Source of the DNA: Candidatus Omnitrophota bacterium
Lineage (GTDB): Bacteria; Omnitrophota; Gorgyraeia; Zapsychrales; Fredricksoniimonadaceae
DNA length: 64,000 nt
Assembly (NCBI GenBank): GCA_028870995.1
Contig: JAGWOI010000011.1
Location: 5,373 to 69,372 of the forward strand
Reading direction: 5' to 3'
The notes beneath the pieces were generated by a model that saw only the letters and a list, made by a program, of their open reading frames with translations, was not told the origin of the DNA and searched no databases. This document shows, piece after piece, positions 1 to 7,920 of this stretch; positions within the stretch are counted from its first letter, which is position 1; each line of letters starts with the position of its first letter. A program made the position numbers and the translations under genes.

Positions 1-1506
1 GTGCTGGTGACTTCCGGTCCGGGAGCCACCAATACCGTCACCGGTATCCTGACGGCGATGATGGATTCCGTGCCCATGATCGTGCTGACCGGACAGACCA
101 TTACTTCCATGTTAGGCAAGGACGCCTTCCAGGAAGCGGACATTGCCGGCATCACCATGCCTGTGGTGAAGCACAGCTACCTGGTCAAGAATACCAATGA
201 TATCCCGCGCATCATCAAGGAAGCCTGGCATATCTGCCAGACCGGGAGGCCGGGCCCGGTCCTTATCGATTTGCCCAAGGACATCACGTCAGGCACCTTT
301 ACCGGCGAGACCCTTGACCCGGAAATGGATATCCCGGGCTATAAAAAAGATATGCCGTCGCCCCATAAGGCCGATATTATCAAAATGGCCAAACTTTTTA
401 AAGGCAGCAAAAAGCCCTTATTGCTGGTTGGTCATGGCGCGGTGCTTTCCAAGGCCGGCCCTGCCATCAGGAAATTGGCGGAAAAGCTGCGCGCACCGGT
501 GACCAATACCCTCCTGGGCAAAGGCGAGTTCCCTGAGACCCACCCCCTTTCGCTGGGCATGCTGGGGATGCACGGCACGGCTTACGCCAACAAGGCGCTT
601 ATTAACTGCGATGTGATCCTGTCCATCGGTTCGCGCTGGGATGACCGCATCAACGGCAACAATAATGAGTTCTGCGTCAATGCCAAAAAGCTCCATATCG
701 ACGTGGATTTTGCCGAGATCAACAAGATCGTCAAACCCGATGCCTATGTGCTGGGCCAGGCCCGTGAAGCGGTGGAAGAACTGATCAAGCATGTCGGACC
801 TTTGGACACCGCCGCCTGGCTCCAGGAGTTGGACTATTATAAGAAAGAATTTCCTCTTAAATATAGCGCTGCCAACGGCCTCACCGCGCAGCAGGTCATC
901 GACACCTGTTACAAGACGACCAAGGGCCGTGCCATTGTGTCCACCGATGTGGGCCAACACCAGATGTGGGCCGCCCAATTCTATCTGTCGGACAAAGGCA
1001 ATTACTGGCTCTCCTCCGGCGGCGCCGGCACCATGGGTTATGGATTTCCGGCGGCCATCGGCGCCCAGTTCGCTGCCCCTAACGAACTCGTGGTGGCGAT
1101 TGTCGGCGACGGCGGTTTTCAAATGACCCTGTACGAATTGGCCACGGTGTTCGTGCACAAACTGCCCGTGAAGGTGCTTATTATCGACAATAAATATTTA
1201 GGCATGGTGCGCCAGTGGCAGGAACTGTTTTTCGATAACCGGTATTCCGGTGTCGACCTGGAAGGAAACCCGGATTTCGTGAAACTGGCTGAAAGCTACG
1301 GGGTCAAGGGCTTTCATATGAACAAGCCTGATCATTGTGAAGCTGTCATGCGTGAAGCCATGGCCTATAAAGGCCCCTGCCTCATCCATGCCGAGGTCAT
1401 CAAGGAAGACAACGTGTTTCCCATGATCCCGGCCGGAAAATCGGCGTACCATATGATCATCGAGAAACCGTCCCAGAAAATGGAAAAACCGACAGGATCG
1501 ACATAA
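1..1506 (+). CDS. ilvB: acetolactate synthase large (catalytic) subunit, 5'-truncated by the window edge
   Basis: Translation shows TPP/FAD-enzyme motifs typical of ALS large subunit (GPGATN, GDGGFQM). The ORF runs from the first base and ends at TAA 1504-1506. It is followed 2 nt later by the small subunit. Confidence 0.9.
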   Translation: MLVTSGPGATNTVTGILTAMMDSVPMIVLTGQTITSMLGKDAFQEADIAGITMPVVKHSYLVKNTNDIPRIIKEAWHICQTGRPGPVLIDLPKDITSGTFTGETLDPEMDIPGYKKDMPSPHKADIIKMAKLFKGSKKPLLLVGHGAVLSKAGPAIRKLAEKLRAPVTNTLLGKGEFPETHPLSLGMLGMHGTAYANKALINCDVILSIGSRWDDRINGNNNEFCVNAKKLHIDVDFAEINKIVKPDAYVLGQAREAVEELIKHVGPLDTAAWLQELDYYKKEFPLKYSAANGLTAQQVIDTCYKTTKGRAIVSTDVGQHQMWAAQFYLSDKGNYWLSSGGAGTMGYGFPAAIGAQFAAPNELVVAIVGDGGFQMTLYELATVFVHKLPVKVLIIDNKYLGMVRQWQELFFDNRYSGVDLEGNPDFVKLAESYGVKGFHMNKPDHCEAVMREAMAYKGPCLIHAEVIKEDNVFPMIPAGKSAYHMIIEKPSQKMEKPTGST

Positions 1507-1508
1507 CA

Positions 1509-2003
1509 ATGAACAAACTGCCCCTGCATACAATCAGTGTCTTAGTTGCCAATAAGCCGGGCGTTCTTGTCCGCATTGCGCTAGTGTTTGCCCGCCGCGG
1601 CTACAATATCGATTCCCTGGTGGTCTCTCCTACAGTCAACCCCAAATTCTCCCGCATGACCATCACGGCCAGGGGCGATACCGAGACCCTGGAGCAGATC
1701 ATCAAGAACGTCGCCAAACTGGTGGATGTCATCCACTGCGAAGAGCACCCGGCCAATACGGTGGAAAAGGAGCTGGCCCTGCTTAAGACCAAGGCCTCTC
1801 CCGCCGTTAAAGCTTTTGTGACGAAGAATGCCCGTAAGTTCCATGTGCGCATCGACGACACCAGTGACGGCTTTTACATCATCGAGCAAACCGGAACCAC
1901 CGACGAACTCGACGAATTCGAAGGTCTCCTCAAGAAATTCGGCATCCCTGAAATGATCCGTACCGGTAAAATATTGATCACCCGCGGCAAGCAGACCACC
2001 TAG
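1509..2003 (+). CDS. ilvN: acetolactate synthase small (regulatory) subunit, ACT domain
   Basis: 164 aa with N-terminal ACT domain (ISVLVANKPGVLVRIALVFARRGYNIDSL) typical of IlvH/IlvN. It is tightly coupled to ilvB. Confidence 0.88.
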   Translation: MNKLPLHTISVLVANKPGVLVRIALVFARRGYNIDSLVVSPTVNPKFSRMTITARGDTETLEQIIKNVAKLVDVIHCEEHPANTVEKELALLKTKASPAVKAFVTKNARKFHVRIDDTSDGFYIIEQTGTTDELDEFEGLLKKFGIPEMIRTGKILITRGKQTT

Positions 2004-2007
2004 CCCC

Positions 2008-2439
2008 CTAGGGGCGGGGCGCAGGACGGTCCTTCAGACTGCAAGGCAGGATTTTAGGCAGCTCTTTGGGCGGCAGGATCACGAGGGCAATGTCAATAAA
2101 ATCCTCTGCCCTCTCGATCGAAGATATCCGGCAACGTTCATTATCCACGCCCTCATGCTCGATTCCCAAATACTGGACCACCGCCGCCTTGAGCGCATCC
2201 AATTCCAGATAAAGAATGAATTGTGCTTCTTCATCGTCGTTAAGGCCAAGGGCGGAGACAAGCATCCTGAAATCAAGATCCAGCACTTCTTCCAGGGATT
2301 GGCCGCGGCAAAAGGCGGACAGCCTCTTGCCCCCGCCGATTTCACTGGAACAAGTGATCTTGGCAAAATCAAAAGCAACCACACGCTCATTTAAATCCAA
2401 GCGCAGGTTCAAACCTGATGAACTATCGGAACAGGGCAT
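2008..2439 (-). CDS. hypothetical protein (143 aa), no recognisable domain
   Basis: ORF convergent with ilvN and immediately downstream of the TMTC-like gene on the minus strand. Coding-strand polarity matches the surrounding block. Confidence 0.4.
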   Translation of the reverse strand: MPCSDSSSGLNLRLDLNERVVAFDFAKITCSSEIGGGKRLSAFCRGQSLEEVLDLDFRMLVSALGLNDDEEAQFILYLELDALKAAVVQYLGIEHEGVDNERCRISSIERAEDFIDIALVILPPKELPKILPCSLKDRPAPRP

Positions 2440-2459
2440 GGATCTTAGTATACACTAAT

Positions 2460-3794
2460 TCACCGGGTTGGCAAAGAACCAAGCAGCTTGGCGGCCTGGG
2501 CATCGTCCGGATCAAAGAAGAGGCAGCGGCTTAAGAAAAGACGCGCCCTGGAGAAATCCTTGTAAATATAATAATGGATCCCCAGCGTCCTTAACGTTTC
2601 TGGATAAACAGGATTTAAAGTCAACGCACGCCTCAGAAAGGCAAGGCTTTGCTGTTCCTCTCCCTGGTCATGGGCCACCACGGCCAGCGCATCAAGGCTG
2701 TCCACATCCAACGGATCCACGGAGAGGGCTTGGCCGAAATAGCGGGCGGCGCCGGGCAGGTCCCCACGCTTAAAACAGATCATGCCCAGCCGCCGCAGCC
2801 ACATGGCTTTGATGAGGGGATTAAGGGAACGTCTGGCCATCTTTTTAACAGCGGGGATGTCGTCATCGTACTTCATCAACAATTGCTGGTCAATCACGGT
2901 ATGGGGCCACCATTCCAGGCTGCGGGTATGGCGCAGCAGGATCTCTTCGGTTGACCAGAACCGGCCTTGATAAAAGCTGACGGCGGTAAAAAGAAAAAGA
3001 AATACAATAACCCGCCTCGCCGGCCATTGCGCCACCCATAGGCAAAAGCCGGCCGATGTAAAATAAAAGATATGCCCTATCAGGATATTGCCCTGCTTGG
3101 GGACAATAGACCAGATGACGGCAAGGGGCAGGACACCGATGAACAGCCACCAGCCGCAAAATCGATTGAGACCCCGGACCTGGCCTTTGATGTAATAATA
3201 AATCAAAAGAGCGTAGAGAACGTAAGAAAGGGCGACTTCCCGGCTCAAGGCGGCCAGGCCCAGGCATATAAAAGCAAGGAGATGGCCTTGCTTGAATCCC
3301 GTTTTGAGAGACCTGGTCAAAAAAATCAATCCCATGAAACCGAACAAGGCGCTTAACTCATCCCCCCGCCCTGTCACATAACGCACCACCCACTCCTGGG
3401 ACGGCAAAAGGCCAAACAACAAGGCCGCCTTCAGCGCCAGCGACGGCTGGTTGAAGATCATCAGGAACAAGGTATAAATCAAAAGACAATTCAAAACGTG
3501 GATCAAGAGATTTATATACTGATAACCGCAGGCCTTCAGGCCGAATAGACGGTAGTCCAATATCCATGATGATTCCAACAAGGGCCGGTAATACCCGAAC
3601 TTGATGTAGCCCGATGAGGCACTGGCATCGAACAGGCGTGAGGTCCAAATACGTGAATACAACGAGGGGTTTTTGATCAGCGGATTGCGGACGACCGTGT
3701 AGTAATCATCCAAAACAAATTGAGCGTCACGGTGGGGCCAATAGACCGCCAGGCAGGCAACCGCCAACAGGGATGCAACGATCCAGATTTTCAC
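2460..3794 (-). CDS. TMTC-like membrane protein: N-terminal multi-TM (DUF1736-like) region plus C-terminal TPR repeats
   Basis: 444 aa with a hydrophobic N-terminal two-thirds, a DDYYTVVRNPLIKNP motif typical of DUF1736/TMTC proteins, and TPR-like repeats at the C-terminus (RYFGQALSVDPLDVDSLDALAVV...). Confidence 0.6.
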   Translation of the reverse strand: MKIWIVASLLAVACLAVYWPHRDAQFVLDDYYTVVRNPLIKNPSLYSRIWTSRLFDASASSGYIKFGYYRPLLESSWILDYRLFGLKACGYQYINLLIHVLNCLLIYTLFLMIFNQPSLALKAALLFGLLPSQEWVVRYVTGRGDELSALFGFMGLIFLTRSLKTGFKQGHLLAFICLGLAALSREVALSYVLYALLIYYYIKGQVRGLNRFCGWWLFIGVLPLAVIWSIVPKQGNILIGHIFYFTSAGFCLWVAQWPARRVIVFLFLFTAVSFYQGRFWSTEEILLRHTRSLEWWPHTVIDQQLLMKYDDDIPAVKKMARRSLNPLIKAMWLRRLGMICFKRGDLPGAARYFGQALSVDPLDVDSLDALAVVAHDQGEEQQSLAFLRRALTLNPVYPETLRTLGIHYYIYKDFSRARLFLSRCLFFDPDDAQAAKLLGSLPTR

Positions 3795-4909
3795 CGTTTA
3801 TGCCCGCCTAAAAGGGCCCCCAGAATGTTGACACCCTCTTCCACCAAAGCCTTGCGCTCCATTTTCCTGAAATCCTTGCTCAATTTATACCTTAAATGGG
3901 GTATGCGTCCGGTAAGACTTGCCTGCAGGGCTATGCACCGGCTGCCGTCAGTCAAATATTTTAGTCCTCCGAACTGATCGATCAAACCGGCGGAAATATC
4001 CTGGTTTATGTGCACCACGGTCTGCATGTCGGTATTCAATTCCTGGTCGATGAGCCCATGAGCCCTCAATTCCAGAATATTGGTCCGGATCAAAAAATCA
4101 TCGATGGAAACTGCCTGGGGAGGCAGGGAGAAACGGACCTCGGCCTTATCAATGAAGGTATCCGGCATGCTCAACTGCGGTACGTTTAAAAGATTGTCAA
4201 TATGCCCGCCCACAAAATTGCCGAGCGCCCGGGAAAGTAAGATTTTAATGATATTAAAATTCTTGATAACAGCGCCGGTGATAAGGACGTGGCCGGGTTC
4301 AAGCGTCCCATTGACGCCTGTGGTCCAGATATCGAGATAATTCCTCGGGTTTTGGTCAATAAAGGAAATAGCGCCATCCTGAATGGTTATGGGGATTTGC
4401 ATGAGCCCCTGGAGATCATTCTTGAATACCGCTCTCGAACCTCCGCCCATCTTGGCCGGTACAACGGGAGGGACAGGACCGGCATGATGGGAAAAATGAT
4501 TTCCAAAGGCGCCGAGACTACGGGCATTTATCTTCCCTTGTTCATCAACGATAAAGTGAATTTGCGGCGATCGTAAAATGATTTCGACGGCACGAAATTC
4601 CCGGTGATAGATGAGGGATTTCCAATCAACCGCAACACTCACCCTGTCTATCTTAACGAACGGCTGCCTGGTGAAGGCCGGATCATCGCCAACAGTGACC
4701 GGCCCCAGATCAAGGGTCATGCCTTTCCATGACAAGCCTATGCCGGCGTGACCGACGGAAACCCTCCTGCCCAGCGCCACCGAGGCTTTTTGATCAAATT
4801 GGGGGAAATACCGGTCTAAATCAAAAGTCTGCAAGAATATAAAAAGCGCAGTGACAGCAATAAGTACCAGGCCCAAGAGAACAGACAAAAGGATTTTTAT
4901 AATTTTCAT
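3791..4909 (-). CDS. AsmA-family outer-membrane biogenesis protein
   Basis: N-terminal signal-anchor then AsmA-N-like region (ALGRRVSVGHAGIGLSWKGMTLDLGPVTV...VKIDRVSVAVDW). Overlaps the upstream gene by 4 nt. Confidence 0.6.
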   Translation of the reverse strand: MKIIKILLSVLLGLVLIAVTALFIFLQTFDLDRYFPQFDQKASVALGRRVSVGHAGIGLSWKGMTLDLGPVTVGDDPAFTRQPFVKIDRVSVAVDWKSLIYHREFRAVEIILRSPQIHFIVDEQGKINARSLGAFGNHFSHHAGPVPPVVPAKMGGGSRAVFKNDLQGLMQIPITIQDGAISFIDQNPRNYLDIWTTGVNGTLEPGHVLITGAVIKNFNIIKILLSRALGNFVGGHIDNLLNVPQLSMPDTFIDKAEVRFSLPPQAVSIDDFLIRTNILELRAHGLIDQELNTDMQTVVHINQDISAGLIDQFGGLKYLTDGSRCIALQASLTGRIPHLRYKLSKDFRKMERKALVEEGVNILGALLGGHKR

Positions 4910-4922
4910 GAATGGGGAAAAG

Positions 4923-5858
4923 TTACCGGTCCAGTTTGTCCCTCATCTGCTGCTCTTCATCGGCGATACGCTGCCGGATCATTGCCTGCTGATCCTCCTG
5001 CTTTTGATGCTGTTCGTAAATCACGTCCCGGTCATGCTGCAGGCTGTCTTCGGCTTTTACCCTGGCATCGGCCAATTTATCACGAGCCTCCTCCAAAAGC
5101 TCCCTGCTTTTTTGTTCTCCGTTGGCAACCCTACGCATATCTTCCTGCTCTTTGTCCAAAAGGCTCCTGACGCGCTCCCTGAACATGTCCTGCTGTTCAT
5201 AATTTCCATAGGAAAGATTGCCCATGCCATAAAGCTGACCCTGGATTTCGCCGACCCCCTTGTTGACCCGCTGGTTGTACTCGTCCACCTTATTAAAAAG
5301 CGCGGAAGCCTGGTTTTGAAACATATCATAATGCTGTTGGATGGTGTTGAAGGAGTCATTGGTATTCATATTGGCCAGATCGATCTGCTGGGCCAGCCGC
5401 TGCCGCTCTTTCGTTAACTGGTTGTTGAAGGCAATCAGCTGCCGTCCCTGCTCGACCAAAAGGCGCTGCTTATCTTGTATCCCGGAGACCGCCTCCTTAA
5501 GTTGCAAGATGTCCCGGTCCTTATCCCTGCCTTCTCTTTTGGCTTCAAGCAAAACCGCGTTAGCGTTCCTGCTGGCGCTGTCCAACACTGCTTGTTGGTC
5601 GGCCAGCGCGTCCATGATCTTGGTCTGTTCCAAGGAGATATCGTCCATCTGCCGGCGGACCTGCATCAAGCCGCTGTTGACCGCCACATTGATCTGCTGG
5701 GATTTCTTCTCATTAGTTGTCTCGACATTGGTGTAGCCGACGCTGTCCATGGCGATTTTTAACGGATGGATGGGCTTGCGCAATTGCGGGAAATAGCTGA
5801 AAACCCCTGCCAGCAAGGCCACGATCAACAGGCAGAAAAAAGTCATTTGGATAAGCAT
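4923..5858 (-). CDS. membrane-anchored coiled-coil protein (hypothetical)
   Basis: One N-terminal TM helix followed by about 280 aa of heptad-rich Q/E/R/D sequence. Confidence 0.5.
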   Translation of the reverse strand: MLIQMTFFCLLIVALLAGVFSYFPQLRKPIHPLKIAMDSVGYTNVETTNEKKSQQINVAVNSGLMQVRRQMDDISLEQTKIMDALADQQAVLDSASRNANAVLLEAKREGRDKDRDILQLKEAVSGIQDKQRLLVEQGRQLIAFNNQLTKERQRLAQQIDLANMNTNDSFNTIQQHYDMFQNQASALFNKVDEYNQRVNKGVGEIQGQLYGMGNLSYGNYEQQDMFRERVRSLLDKEQEDMRRVANGEQKSRELLEEARDKLADARVKAEDSLQHDRDVIYEQHQKQEDQQAMIRQRIADEEQQMRDKLDR

Positions 5859-5862
5859 GTCG

Positions 5863-7908
5863 TTAACCTCCCCCTGGCCTGGTTAATTCCTGTTCAAGAA
5901 CATCGGCGTTGCCGACAGGTGGACGGCAGGCTCCCCGGCGGCAGATCAGCGCCCGCGGTGACGGCCCCGGCACGAGTTTCACCGCTTTGAAAGGGATAAA
6001 GTGTTTATATAATATTTTAATCATCCCGTCGATAGTCCTGTCGTCGCGGCGGCCTTCGAAGGTGATTTCCAAAGGGCCGTACACTTGCCAACCCAGGGCA
6101 GAAAGCAAGAAGCTGTACGCCTGCGGCGCCTGGGATACCGTCGCAGCAAAGCAGCCAAGCAAAGCTTCCAGCCTCACTCGATAAGGCTCCTGTCCGGTCA
6201 GGGCATAAAGCCTGGCGAGGCACAAGGCGGCCACTGAATTTCCTGAAGGTATTGCCCCGTCGTAAATATCCTTGGGACGCATGATCAAATCTTCAGCGTC
6301 CTTTGGCGTCATAAAAAAACCTCCGGCAGGGTCTGCAAAAAGCTCGATCATGGCCTCCGCCAGGCGTTGAGCTGACGCGAAGTACTCCGGCTCAAAGGCG
6401 GCCTCATCAAGGGCCAGCAGGCCGTAAATCAAGAACGCATAATCATCAAGGGTTGCGGCAATGCCGGCCTCCCCCCCGCGCCAGCGGTGCCACAGCCTTC
6501 CGGCATTTTCACCTCCTGCGGAAAAATGGGTCAGAATAAAATCAGCGGCCTTGCGTGCCGCGTGAATATACTTAGGTTCGTCCAAAACGCGGCCTGCCAG
6601 GGCGAAACTTGCCAGCATCAGACCGTTCCAGTCGCACAGGACCTTGTCATCCTTGTGCGGCCGGGGCCGTTGATCGCGCCGCATTAAAAGCTTGGATCTT
6701 GCTTCTATAAGTATAGCTTGGATTTCACCGCTTTGCCTTTGAAATTTAGCCGCTGCTTCTTCGGCTGTATGCGCCAGATACAGAATATTCTTCCCAAGAA
6801 ACTCCCCGTGGGGATCGATCCTGGCGTTACCTTCAGGCAGGATGCCGTAACAATAATTGAAAACCTCCGTCTGTTGAGGGCCCAAAACTTCAAGGATTTC
6901 AGGCGCCGCAAACGTATAAAAAGCACCCTCCTTCGGATGCCCGGCTTCCAGGCTGTCCGCGTCCTCGGCACAATAAAAACCGCCGGCCTCACTCGTCATA
7001 TCGCGCAATACATAATCAAGGATGCTCCGGGCGATCGCGGCATGCTCTGAGAAACCTGTGGCCTGATACGCTTCCAAGTAGGCCATGGACAACAAGGCCT
7101 GGTCATAAAGCATTTTCTCAAAATGCGGCACCTGCCAATAAGGATCGGTTGAATAACGGTGGAAGCCGCCGCCCAGATGGTCCCAGATGCCGCCCCGGGC
7201 CATGGCCTTCAAGGTTTTGTCAGCCATCTCCAGGGCTTCAGGCGCTCTTTCGGCGTGGTGATAGCGTAGCAGGAACGACAGTTGATGCCCCATGGGGAAC
7301 TTGGGAGCGGATCCGAAGCCTGCATTAAGGGGATCAAACTGCCTTTTCATCTGGTCTAAAGCGCGGTCCAATACGTCCTGCCCCATGGCCCCTCGCGGCC
7401 CCTCCCTCTCATGGCGCCCCAGCTCTTGGGCAATCGAACGGCCGGAAGATAAAATATTCTCCCGGTCCTTCTGCCATGCCGCAGCAATGGAATGAAGCAG
7501 ATCAATAAAACCGACACTTCCCCATTTGGCATAAGGGGGAAAATACGTGCCTCCGTAGAACGGCTCCCTCCGGGGTGTCAGGAAGACCGTCAAAGGCCAT
7601 CCGCCCTGGCCGGTCATGGCCGTGGTTGCCGTCATATAAATGTGGTCGATGTCAGGGCGCTCTTCGCGGTCCACCTTGACGGCCACGAAATGTTCGTTGA
7701 TGATCCCGGCTATCGCCTCATCTTCGAAACTTTCATGGGCCATGACATGGCACCAGTGGCAGGTTGAATATCCGATCGACAGCAAAACCGGCTTATTTTC
7801 CCGTCGGGCCTTATCGAAGGCAGCCGCACCCCAAGGGTACCAGTCCACGGGATTATGGGCATGCTGCAGCAAATAAGGGCTCTTTTCGTCGATCAGTTGA
7901 TTTGGCAT
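5863..7908 (-). CDS. YyaL/DUF255 thioredoxin-domain protein with (alpha/alpha)6 N-acylglucosamine-2-epimerase-like barrel
   Basis: N-terminus [50 protein letters not shown] is the conserved DUF255 thioredoxin-like signature. Length of 681 aa is typical of the family. Confidence 0.88.
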   Translation of the reverse strand: MPNQLIDEKSPYLLQHAHNPVDWYPWGAAAFDKARRENKPVLLSIGYSTCHWCHVMAHESFEDEAIAGIINEHFVAVKVDREERPDIDHIYMTATTAMTGQGGWPLTVFLTPRREPFYGGTYFPPYAKWGSVGFIDLLHSIAAAWQKDRENILSSGRSIAQELGRHEREGPRGAMGQDVLDRALDQMKRQFDPLNAGFGSAPKFPMGHQLSFLLRYHHAERAPEALEMADKTLKAMARGGIWDHLGGGFHRYSTDPYWQVPHFEKMLYDQALLSMAYLEAYQATGFSEHAAIARSILDYVLRDMTSEAGGFYCAEDADSLEAGHPKEGAFYTFAAPEILEVLGPQQTEVFNYCYGILPEGNARIDPHGEFLGKNILYLAHTAEEAAAKFQRQSGEIQAILIEARSKLLMRRDQRPRPHKDDKVLCDWNGLMLASFALAGRVLDEPKYIHAARKAADFILTHFSAGGENAGRLWHRWRGGEAGIAATLDDYAFLIYGLLALDEAAFEPEYFASAQRLAEAMIELFADPAGGFFMTPKDAEDLIMRPKDIYDGAIPSGNSVAALCLARLYALTGQEPYRVRLEALLGCFAATVSQAPQAYSFLLSALGWQVYGPLEITFEGRRDDRTIDGMIKILYKHFIPFKAVKLVPGPSPRALICRRGACRPPVGNADVLEQELTRPGGG

Positions 7909-7920
7909 TTCGAACGTCGA

